Source: Trichoplax sp. H2 (Eukaryota). Taken from it: 64,000 nucleotides of DNA. The stretch spans positions 62,001-126,000 of the forward strand of contig NOWV01000196.1 in NCBI GenBank assembly GCA_003344405.1, in the 5' to 3' direction. The notes beneath the pieces are model-generated. The model worked only from the letters and a program-made list of their open reading frames with translations, was not told the DNA's origin and made no database searches. Positions 11,817 to 24,500 of the stretch are shown here, piece after piece (position 1 is the first letter of the stretch; every line of letters begins with the position of its first letter). The position numbers were made by a program, and so were the translations under genes.

Positions 11817-14800
11817 ATGAGTACTAGCGTTCGTAGTAGCGGTACCAACAATCGAGGATTTTCAAATCGTAGAATAAGGTATGATGATTATTACAAACTA
11901 ACTAAATTATCTTTGCGGTAGACTATTGTAAAAGTTCTGGAATGAGTTGATTTGAGACTATTCGTATAGCGATGAGGAATGATGCAGTCTAAACAGTCTG
12001 TACATTGCCTTAATATCTTAAATGTTAGCGATTGAGAGCAATCCATAGATCACTGTAATGCAACACTGCGTTGTACGGTACACTATGATTCAGCTATTAT
12101 TGCACGGTTCTGTATCGCCCATGTTATATCATTGCGTCTATTTTGGATTAGTTGCTAAATTGGACGTCTGCTGAAGTATTGTGAATGCAATGCAGTAACT
12201 TAGTGCTGGTACTAGTTACTGTTATACTGTCCTGTATTATGATTATACGCGTATGGATTGGATCCACTGACAAGAAGGGCAGATTGGATACTTGCTTGAT
12301 TCAGTACTTCATTACTTTATATTATACAATCCACATTACATTACTTAATAAGTCCATTATTGTAGCAGGATCGAACGTTGTGTTCTGCCACATGAAATGG
12401 GTCAATGATCCGTTTATACTATTAAGCGTGGTTAAAAATACTGGAAGGACAGAATAAATAATCAAAGAAGTGATTTTATTATCAGTTTCTTAAATTTCAT
12501 CGTCTCGCACAGCAGTATTCCTACGCGTATACTTTCCCGCAAGGCACATTCAACGCAATGTGTGCCGCCAGTTTACAGTTCCATTTTTGGACAATATTTA
12601 GATTGGGACGACATTGGTCCGCAAATGATATCTACGGTAGTTATTCACTAATACAGTATAGCCCAATGGTGAGTAAATGATGATTTTGTACGAAAGTAAT
12701 TGGTAGTCCAATCTCTTTTTGCTTCCCTGTGCTTTAGCCAACAGCATTTTTAATAGTACGGTTCCATTGACAGTCCAGTAATGTTACGGGTACTTTGCCA
12801 AGGGATTTCTTCTCATCATTTCCTCATTTCAAGTCAATGGCTAATGCTCTCAGTAGTGTCATGCTATACTGTATGCTGGTAGGGCGTAATGACGTTGCAG
12901 ACTACATACCGTATACCAAGTTAGCAACTACGTTTCCAGTATCTCGCTGCTCGTGTAGTTTGACTTCCCGTCTGTACGTCCGCGTCCCTTGCGGTTCTCG
13001 TTGTGGGTTTTCGCGCAGCAATGGTGCCTGTGGACTCCTTTTACAGTATTAAATTACAGTAGTGTTGTATTTGGAATCGCTGGGCCATCCTCTAACTACA
13101 GTAAATACTGCAGTTTTCTTTGGCAAATTATGATGAAACAATTTTCTTACAGTAGTCGCTGTCTTCAAAACTCAACACCTGTCTCTGATACTTTCTAAAC
13201 AAGTAATTTTTTATCATAATATCTCGTGCAGTATGACACGGTGGCCATCTTTTAGTAGTCCCTGGCGTAGCCATGCATCTCCAGTCGTCTTCTTTAATTA
13301 ATCTATTCACGACAGTCAATCTTATTTAACGTCAATGGTTGCAGCTTCATACAGTACCATAATCCTTTCTCGTCTTTGGGATTAGTTATTGTGTAATCCG
13401 TGTGAATACTCTGTCATTTGCTGTAGCTGTTTTGCCCGTGCTTGTTTTGATAATAGCGTCAGCTTTACTTTCCTCCCCGATTGGTAACCATAACTACCCT
13501 ATTACTATATCCAGTCTGTGGTTGCAGCCTACTTGAAAAGTAGCAGTTTTCCAGTTGAATAGAGCAACAACTGTCATAAATTGCAGTATACCTAAATGTA
13601 TTTATTGGTTGATAGATGGTCTTACTTCATTACCATACCCTACTGTATTTTGTCACGGATGGATGCCGATAAATTCATCAATTGATCTTTTCACTTACTC
13701 TTTCTTTAGAGTGATCGAGAGCATTCTATTGAGCAATCTGCATACGATGCAGTCAGTATTCAACAGAAAATTAATTAAAAAGAAGTTGTAGTTTTAATCG
13801 ACGATTGGTGCTGCTCGGCGGAGTATAATGTGCGATATTATTCATTCATAGTTATCCTTAATTAAGTTGAAACTTTGGTGCTTTCTATTCTAATTAGGCT
13901 CTGTTGATTTAAAACTTTTCAACTATTGCACGTTTGCTTGCGTTGGAATAGATGATATCGGGACCTTCGATCAATATAAGTACTTGCTATCAAAATTGAA
14001 AACAATCACTTACAGGGACAAATAGAGTAATTACACTTCATAGCGACTGATAGTCCTTGTTCCATCGGCGTTTTATAGCTTTCTACATTGATTAGTAGAA
14101 TGGAGGGTAATCAATAACTTGCATCAGCCCTTGTTTTCGAAGTCATAGACAATCGATGATAATGGTTGTACTTGTACATTACAGTATATCATAGAGGTAT
14201 TGTGCGACGCAGTACAGTAGAATCATGGCTTTCGCAACAATCGAGCTACAACACACTACCATGTAATTTACAAAGGAGACATTGAACCCTTTCTTAATTC
14301 TATCCTATCACTTCTTCTCTTATTGGTGGTATTATAATAGCAGATAGGGAGCTTTACTTATTCTGTCTAGGAATTATTAGAACGACTTTACTGGTCATAA
14401 GTTGGCGTAGTTTGATATTGGTTCTACATGCTTTACGCGAATAGGAATAACCGATGATGTCATGACGCACTACGCAGTACTGTAGGATCAGTTTTGATCG
14501 GGTTAATAATGTCCAGTTTTTTCTCCATTTTTAGTAGAATAGTGACAAGCATAATATTAAATCAATAACATTGGCTATATATGTCTATATAGATTCTCAA
14601 GGAAATAACTTCTTGATTAACTTTAGTACGCAGTTATGCAACCCAAGACATATGTGATATTGTATAGTAATATTATTTGTTTATCAAAATACAATGACCT
14701 TTATATGCCTGTAAATGAAGGATCAATTGCAGTGAGTGCTACTTTACTTTGCTAAATGTGTAACATCATTATTGCCAATATAATCTCTAAAGAATGTATT

Positions 14801-17800
14801 TCTAGTTTTCAACTAAAATTCAGATACGGGTAGAAATTGGAATCAAGTCAATTCATTGACTAAATTTAAAATTTTATTGAAATTTTGAATAATTTACAAT
14901 GAATTTGTCCAATTTACTATAACAACTTATTAGCGACGTCCAACAATAACATACTGATATTGCTCAATGCTTTCCTGAGTTGAGACATACATTTTTACCT
15001 GGTTACTAAGACGGCTAGTTATATCTCTAGCGAATAATGTTACACTATTACCGGGCTAACCTAGTGTAGATAAAAGTGAATGGCGTAGATAATCTAGTAG
15101 ATTGTCTTATTCAACAGTATATCTTTAAGAGGCAAAAATTAAAATATTGAGGGATTAATGTTATGTTAGTACTGTATACGTATGACAGCGAAAGGGCTGT
15201 ATCAAGCGAAATACTGTCGTTGAAGATTAAGTATTTACTATATCAATCACTATTGCCATACTTATTAGCTTAATGAACATTGATTAACTACAAAATACGT
15301 CAGTAAAATGGTTTGTAGTAGCGAAAAATAAATTGATCATAATCTACTATTTCTACGGTAGTGGTCACAAAACTTACAGAAATCAACAACGGAAGTCACA
15401 CTCCTATCCCTCAAGTAATAACAACTTCAACAGCAGTCACAGCAATGATGTAAGTACGATTTATTAGGAGCTACTATTGCTCATTGTTACTCAATGGTAT
15501 TATAGATCTATCCACTGCATATGCATGTGGTCTAACGTTATAGTTATAGATGGCTTCGTTAATTGCTATCAACTAAGATTCATATATACAGTACTGCTTG
15601 ATGTTGCTATTCAATTTGCAGTTTCTTTAAAAATACTTACCTAAGGTTAGGTTCTTACTGCTTTCATTGTTTTAGTCATTTTTGCGGCATAAAATATGTG
15701 AAAAATAATCCATAAATCGCTATAATTAATCAATGATCTATCAATCGAGTATTTGTTTATGCCATAGAAAGGTCTTGAAACAAAAGTACATTACTGCTTT
15801 ATTTTATAACAGTATAAAATTTTTACTATTAAGAAAGAACTCAAAGGTGAACTATTGTTACCGTCTATACAGCTTTGTAATATCGTACAAAATCTTTTCC
15901 TATATTAAATTCATTGATACATGCAATTGTCTCTCTATCCAGACTGGAATACTAGAGCGCTATACTATAGTGATAGATGATATATTGTATAATATTATAA
16001 AAGCTTTTTAGTTTGGTGATCATTATATGATAGGCCAATCACGCGATGTACGATCGTATTGCATAGAATGATATGTAATCTAATTTAAACCTATAAATGT
16101 GGAAATGTGGAAATGTGGAAAAAATTTCTATTAACACTTCAAATTGAGCATTGTAGTGGTCATAAAAATGAATATGAATACTGAAATCTTAAATGACACT
16201 GTTTGAATGTAACGTTATAGCCGACACATGGACACTTGGAGGGTGTATATGCCGATGCTCACTTTACTTATCATGTAACTAGTTTAATGGTAAGTGTAAA
16301 CTGATTGTGTCCTATTTACAAATTCTATTCAGTACTTTTGGCTTATTTATGAATATATGATATTCCGATTGTTTTATATTTGTATAATACAATCCTCTTT
16401 CACTTAGTAGTACTATGATCACTAGACTAGTTTATGATTCTTAAACTACTCAGCGTATAATTTAGTAGCAATCTTGGAATGAAAATTGCTTCTCATAATA
16501 GGCATCTCTAATACTTCTAGGGTGTATTAGTACGTGTAGTCGTTACTAATGGGAATATGTTTGAAGGAATATTGCGATCGTGCTCACCAAAGGTAAAGGA
16601 ACCTTTTTTTAGTGCAATTTAACATATTTAAATAATTACATGTTACCAGAATATCACGCTGTGTAACGAAGCTTACTTAATGACTATTAGTTAATTCAGT
16701 TAGACTTCTGTATATTGCATTCTAAATTTATACGTAACGAGTTACTAGCATTATCGTTCTTTAGTATTTTGTGATAATGCCAGCAAAACTATTACCAAAT
16801 AAAGAAGTTGAAATTGATAGCATTTACGATAAAGGTTACTAACAAGTGTTTTAATTTTATTGATAAAAATAGGCGGATATTGTCTTAAATGCTGTCCATA
16901 GACTTAAAACTAGCGATAACGGAAACCAGCTTAGAATCGATGATAATATTACGGAGAATATGATATTTCATCCTAAAGACATTGTTCACATCGAAGCTCG
17001 CGATGTCAACTTAATGAAATACAAAAAATGTAAATAATTAATAGTGTTAACAATGCACCAGTGATGTTTTGCCATACACTATAGAAGTAAAAGTTTACAT
17101 TTTATGCAATATCACTTTAGTACGTGTGAAGTTTTAGCTACTATTATCATCTTCAATCAGTGTATTAATTGTCGGTGCTCTATGGGAAAGGGTAAAAGCG
17201 TATACTTAAGCTACTGCCATCTATTCTATCTTTAAATGAGATGGCAATGTTAATGCATTATGCTTAGTATGGTTTATTTGTAGCCTTCAGTTATATTTCA
17301 TGTAGTAAATCGATATCTTACAGTTTAAAATAGGAAAGAATTTGAACTTGCATAGATATTGAAACTGTATCTAAGACATTAATCAGATTAAATTAATCAT
17401 TCAATTCTTAATTTTATCAGCAGCGGACTTTATGACTGATTCTGCTATCAGCGGGTACAATGGCGAAACTGAAGGACGTGAATTAACTGTACGTGTTAAA
17501 ATGTTATTGTAGTTGAACTTTTGTGATCTAGAAATTATGACACACTTACAATACATTTTATTCTTCTTTTGATGTCCAATGCTTTTTAATGTTTACAGCC
17601 ATGGGAAGCAGATCCAAGTATACAAGCCGATGAGGGCCTTGGCCTTTTTGATGATGATTCGGTATTATAGCATTTTTTTAATTGTCACTTCTTGCAAGAC
17701 ATCGCTACATTTATCTCTATTTCAAATTCTCTTAAGGCTCGTTGGGATTCAAAGGATATGTTACATACAAATGAAACTAAGGTATGGGAAAGCTCACTAC

Positions 17801-20800
17801 AGTATTACTTCGTGATACTAAATTTTTATATTCATTTTATTATATGTTGATCTTCAAACGAAATATCACAATAATAATAATCTGCGTTGTCTACTCATTT
17901 ATCCACAATATAGTTTGGCGTGAAATCAACTTTTGATTCCTCGATGAAAGACTACACGTAAGTATTTTGTATCCTCAATCCTAAGATAAATTTATCGATT
18001 TTCGTTATGGGCGAGCACTAGTAGTTTCTAATACAATAGCTGACCATTTGCTGTATTGCTGTAGGACTGAATTAAAGAAAACGAATTCATTGGAATATAA
18101 GAAAAAGATGGAAGAAGCGGAAAGGCTAGCCTATGAAATAGATATTGAAAATGTAAGCGATTTTATCGACTATTTATCTACTAACTCCGACTTGCAATTT
18201 CGTATGGCTTCAATATTGGATATTTTTAAATCCCTTAGCGAAATCGAAAAGTCAATACCTACAGTAACTTAACGGAAGAAGGAAAATATAGCGCTGTCAT
18301 TAGCGATTCGAACATCAATAAGTATACCGAAAGGTAAGAGAAGTGATGAATATTTTGTTCGGATACCGATTATTTCTAATCTTTTATAATTAATTTAGTA
18401 CAAAAAGTCAGGATAACGGAAAGGATAATATCAAAATTGATAACAAGAGTGAAGCTTCCAGCAATAACGAAGTCACTAGTAGTAAAGAAGGTACTACTGT
18501 TCATAATTTTGATGTAGCCAGAGGCAATAATATTGTATACATATACGCATTGCCGTATGAAAAGGCTAAACAGTGATGACCAAATAAACTTTTTCTAAAA
18601 TCAGCTGTTATACACTAGTAAATCCGATTTGCTCTGATCATTTTCTAGTAACTAAAGATGAAATCACTATTACTAGTGATAAAGTTGATAATACTACTGA
18701 CGTCGGTGCCTCTAATATGCAAGGTAGCTAGCAGATAATTGCCTATACGATAACGTTCATTATATTTGTAGCTCAATTGCTGCTCGACCATGATGCCTGT
18801 ATGCACTAAAATCGTTGATGAAGTAGCATATTTATTTTTTTAATTAGCGAAAGATCACGTTGATGTCCCTGAGAATAGCAGCAGTAAAGAAATTTCTGAA
18901 GACACGGTTGTTGCAGAAAGTGTGAAAGATGAAACCGCTAAAGACGCTATTTCATCTGAGGTAGTAGAAAGATTATTGAAAGATGTACACGCTGTTATGC
19001 AGCGCATCTTTAGCTGTTCTCTCAGATTGAATTAAGTATATTTTACACGTATATATAACTTCTAGAAACAGGAAATAACCTCTATAGGGCAAGCGCCAAA
19101 ACCTGGTAAGAATAAAATTGATAGTAACGACAATGCATAACTGAGGATTCAGTAATAGCGTTAACGACAACTCAATGTTGTCCCATTTTTTATTTTGTTT
19201 GCGATGCTAATTTACGAATAACATGGTCATTGACAGATATTGAAAGGTTGAAAGATTTTCATAAAAATTTCACGTTTGGTCCTGTCACCAGCAGCAATGA
19301 AAATTCGACGACAGATTCAACAACTAATGATAAAGTAGATTCTGATAATAGCGCAGCAAAATCTGAGAATTTAAATGAAAAGAAGAAATCATCGTAAGTT
19401 ACAGTGGAGTTATTATTTGTAAAGTGAAAAATACATAGATGTAAATGATTACCATTTTATTTCATTAATGAAGGAACTTAATAGTAATTAATTTTCGGAT
19501 GAGATGTAACGGTAAAATCGAAATAACATGAAGCGTGATGTTTACCGATTATTAATTTTAAATATTTTCAGAAAGCTTAATCCTAATGCTAAAGCATTCA
19601 CTCCTACCAGCACTTTGGTTAGAGCCAATATTAAACTACAGTATATACCTGCTGTTCGTGATATGATGATGGCTATAACTATAATATACAGCATGATCGC
19701 TAATAACGTTATACTTTTAAATGTTATTATGATCGAAGCCTTGTTTAAAGCTATGTTCAAAACTGTGACAATATTTTTGTTGCATTAAATTAATTTTTGT
19801 ATTTTTGTTCTCTTTATGACTGATACAACTTCTGCAAATATTAGAAATCTAAGTCAAGCAGTAGTCCACCAACAACAACTGTAACGGTTTCTACCACCAC
19901 TAGTGGAATTCATCAAACGTCGTCCAATACATCCAGTAGTTACCAAAGCAAGCATAAATCTAAGGGTAATATTTTACAGTTCAGATTACATTTAAAGACT
20001 ATAAATTTTGTAAATTCTTTAATCTTACGTTTACAGGACGATCTTCTAATAACGTTCCTAGCCAGTCCAGTTCATTCCAGAATCATCCCGGAATTCCTTA
20101 TAACACTCCAAGTATGCAAGGGCCTAACAGTAAGATTGTTTTAAGACTTCTATGAGCAGGTAATTATACCGAATAAAAAATTCATAAATATTATCATATC
20201 CTGATTACTTAGATATTGGCTATACGGAGCAACATCCAACACAGGCACGATTCGTTAGTATTTCACTATTTTCAATAACAGTATAATAAAATCTGCCATC
20301 AATTGTTTATAAAATTGGTAAAGTAACGTCATTAAATTACGTCAATTACTGTTTGGTGCAGGCTACGAATAATACAATTTCGTATGAAGCTCAAATGCAG
20401 TCGCTTTATTACGGTATCCTCAATTACGCAGTATGACTTACAAAATATCAGTCATTAACAGTAAATACTTGATCGTTCTTTACTTATATAGGTTCGCCTA
20501 CTGCAGCAGGTCAGCCTATGGCAATGAATTTGCCGACACAGGTTGGTCAACGTATCCAAAATGTGCCACAGCCGATGCCCACAGTAATTACATATCCACA
20601 AACTGTCCAACAAAATGAAATTCGTCAGGCAACACAAGTTCAGCCGCAAGTTTACCAGCAAGCAATAAGTCCGAGATTTGGATTGCAGAATCAGCAATTA
20701 TCTCAGCAAAGTCCTACACCAGGTTATAGCTATAACGTCCTAGTTACACCGCGTCCATTAGCTTCAAGTAACACCGCTGGTATGAATCCTCATATTAATT

Positions 20801-20970
20801 CTTCACAGTTTATGCAGTCAAGAGGTTTGTAGTACATGTTAATACATAAAATAGTTATATGGATGAAGTTTTTATCGCATAAAAATTAATGGTTTCATCG
20901 CAGTGCGTTATACTGTTCTTCACCAATTTTAAAACATTTTTTAGGCCCATATTATCAATATAAGCAGTGA
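11817..20970 (+). CDS. ATXN2: Ataxin-2 family RNA-binding protein (LSm, LsmAD, PAM2, Q/P-rich tail); multi-exon
   Basis: Spliced exons give an LSm domain (LEGVYADAHFTYHVTSLM|GVLVRVVVTNGNMFEGILRSCSPK|ADIVL, about 16221-17029), FMTDSAIS, LsmAD (WDSKDMLHTNETK|FGVKSTFDSSMKDYT, about 17737-17957) and PAM2 (KLNPNAKAFTP, about 19572-19606). A Q-rich exon spans 20492-20824 and the last exon reads GPYYQYKQ* (stop at 20970). The first coding exons (11817-11878, 15362-15449) are frame-consistent but less certain. Confidence 0.88.
16096..16122. repeat. Microsatellite (AAATGTGG)3 in an ataxin-2 intron
   Basis: aaatgtggaaatgtggaaatgtggaaa. Confidence 0.8.
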
Positions 20971-21511
20971 AAGAAAATAAGCCAACAAAAGATTATGTTC
21001 CGGTTTAACTCTGCGATGGACAATGTGTACTGTAATAAATGACACATTGAAAATGCTTCTGTTATTTGTTGTCACCTTCGATTAATCAATCATAATTTAA
21101 AAAAAAGTGACAAGATGTTTCGTCAAGAAATAAAATTGCTTACACTTGATGCAACAAAATAACGATATTTTAACGTTTTATTTGACATCTTTTGTCTATA
21201 CTATACAGTCATAAAACAACTAATATAGGAGAAAAAATACGAGACCTGAACCATAAACAAGTAATAATTTAGTATGCAACCGAATTGCAACATGACACAT
21301 TATTTTTACAGATACAAAATCTGTAGATTGTCTCATTTAGTAATTAACGGAAGGTCTCGTTACCATCGTACTAAATTCAGATTAAAAAAGTTTTAGGTAA
21401 AGTAGGCTTACACTATACACCTTCAAAACCCTAAATAATTCCTATTCAATTGACCTACTCAACACCAGAATATTTATATACAAAGTCGGTACTTAATTCA
21501 AATTCTCATAT

Positions 21512-24500
21512 TTAAATATACAATCGGTGATAATCATTAGCACCAAACGCCGCATTACATTTAGGGCATTTTCGTTGTCGTGTTTCATAGCGCGTTTTTA
21601 TGCAATCACTGCAAAACACATGGAAGCACTTTGTTAGGACAGTATCTTTCTTCTTTACGTTGCAGCATGGGCATGTCAACTTCGCCTTCAGAGAATCAGA
21701 AGGAACAAATAATTCAGTTTGTTATCACAACATCATAATCATGAATTGTATTCAGATGCCTTTTTACCTTATACATCTTCACTTCTTCTGATAACACTTC
21801 ATCTGCTGATGTCATTGAATCTACCTTTTTCAGTCTGTCCAGTTTTCTCTTAAGACTATTCCTTTCTTCCTATAATCCATTAGAGCAGAAACACAAAAAC
21901 AGATGTTTAACAATAAATTCGAAATTATCAGAAGTTGACAAGACAAAATTAATTGATTTGAAATACCTGTACACGCCTCAGCTTGAAGGAATCCTTTTCA
22001 AAGTCACTTACTTTACTATCTAAACTGCTTTGAATCTATTGGTGTTTAATTAGAGCAGAGCGTAATATTTAATTAGAGACTAAAGATTACATGGAGAATT
22101 ATGTAATCAAAAATGTTGTTTGAAAACTCTTGATTAGTAAGCAGCCGATATTACCTTTTGATAAAGTGATCGAAAGTTATCTAACTCCATTTTGTTTCCT
22201 ATCACTGTTTGGCGAAGCTCGTTTAGCTGTGGAAGTTAATATTTTAAAATCATCAGCCTTATTTGAAATGATTAGTACCATAATTTAAAACCTCATAGAA
22301 AGTCCTACAGTTCTTTCGCAAGCTTCCGATGATTGAATTCGTAATTGTAACTCTTGATCCTTAACCGTCTAAAAAATATTATAAAAATTATTATTATACG
22401 CGTATGCCAATCAATAAATACGGAATACGAATGTGTTTAACTAATTGGCATCATACAATGGTTGACTGTAGTAATTTTTCATTCTCTTCAAATTTCTTGC
22501 ATAAAATCTTTTGATTTTCTACTTCATCATGTAGCAGTGATAATTTCTCTTCCAAGAACGTTTTTTCTTTCGTATATACTTTCTTTGTTTGATTAGCTTT
22601 GATACTCTACAGAAATTTCAGGTAACAACAACACAACATCGTTAAACAACGATATTTTCAAACTATAATCTTCTAAATATGTAGAATGTACCTCAGTCAT
22701 GAGTTTAAAATTCATATCATCTTTCTCCTTGATCTGCTCCAGTAATCTAGCATTTTGTTCTTGCATATCCTCAAAAGCTTGACCGGTCATTTCCATTTCA
22801 GCCAATAAAGTTTCCTGTTCCTGATTTAGTAAGGAGCAAAGCAAATAATAGGTGTTAGGGTCCGTTTCAGTATTTATACCTTGGCATGTGCTGTACACAT
22901 TCAGGTTTATTGACACAGCATAAAAGGGCACCTACTTGTTTAGTACTAGCAAGTTTCTTTTGCAGTATTTTGACACTCTCTTCGGATTCCAGAATATGGG
23001 GTTTCACTTTTTCAAGAGCTAGCTTTTCCGCATTTGCGATTTCCGTATCTTTCTGGTTAAGCTTAACTTTCAGATATTCCACTTCTTCTTTCGAGCGGCG
23101 TTCTGATGCTAAAATCTGTTGATTTAATAACAAAAATATTAATAATACCTTTTTTATTAAATTTTTCTCCCATACAATCCGTGAAAGAACGATGCATTAT
23201 GACCCGTCATAATCATTATATGCTATATGGAACCGAAGAATTATCATATAAACCCGACCTCTATCTTATCCCGTTTATCTTTCACATTGGATTTATAAAC
23301 ATCTAAAAGAATTTTCATTTCCCTCTGACTCTCCTGTGCTTTCCTATGATTAATCAAGTAGGTACAATTTGTTTAAATTCAACGTAGAAGATTAGAGAAA
23401 AATATTCGCCGTATTACGTAGAAACTAAATATCTAACTTTAATTGATTTCGTAAGTCTTTCATCGTATGATCATTCGTTGATTCAGCATTTCCACTGTTA
23501 GTTTTAGAATTATCCTGTTTACCACGTAGAATATATAATTTAGAGTTTAATTTCGAACACTTTGCATGAATGAATGATATAGACGAGTTTTCTTGCCTGT
23601 TTCTTTTTCTCACGATACGAATCGGAATCAACTAATTTCTGCTTTAATCGGGCAATTTCTTCGGTCAATTGTTTATTACGATCCTGTGTATGATTACAAT
23701 AAATTGACTTGATTAGGTATAAAACAATAATAATACTAGAATAGCATTCTGTCTTTTGTCCCATTATCGCTTACGCTATCATACCTTGGTAGTTTTCATG
23801 AAATATTCAAGTTCAGCTAATCGAGACGCTTTAAAATACAAAAATATTTCCTGTGAATGAGCTGGAGTATACTGACAATGATTACAAATAGTATCCTATA
23901 CATTTCGTAGAATAAACCATTCTGCAAACTATGCACCTTCTTGTTGATTGATAGCAGTGACCTGCTGGTATTTCGTCTCGATATCATCATATTCTTGCGT
24001 CAGTTTCTGCAATATACTCTGCAATCTTGTGACTTCAGCTTTAGCTTCGTTATATAAGTTGATTTGATCACTTTCCAACTGCTCTAAACATGACTCGTGC
24101 TGTGACCGACACTGGTTAATTAATCTTCGCAAATCTTCGTTTTGGCTACGCAACTAAGAGCAATGATATCGTAAAAAACTTTTGAATATGTTGTTTTCAT
24201 TCAACAACAGTTTGAAGGTACTTGCATATTAAAGCCCTAAACCTTAATGATAGTAGAAATAGTTTACCTGCAAAGCTTCGCTTTCAGCTATTGATAACCT
24301 CGATTGAACATTTAAGTAATGCCCCGACTTCAGAATTACATCTTCAGCAACAATAGAACGCTCATAACTCAACGTCTCTACTTCTCTCTTAGCCGATTCT
24401 AGTTCACGTTGCATTTTTTCCAATTCATTTAATCGATTATTGGAGATGTCACGATATTCATTCAATTCTGCTACTACTTCCTCATGCTGTTAGAGAAAGC

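Noticed and set aside
12480..13500. Somewhat less AT-rich stretch with short ORFs in the long ataxin-2 intron
   Set aside because: No recognisable protein motif, consistent splice pattern or RNA structure; could be regulatory but I cannot support that.
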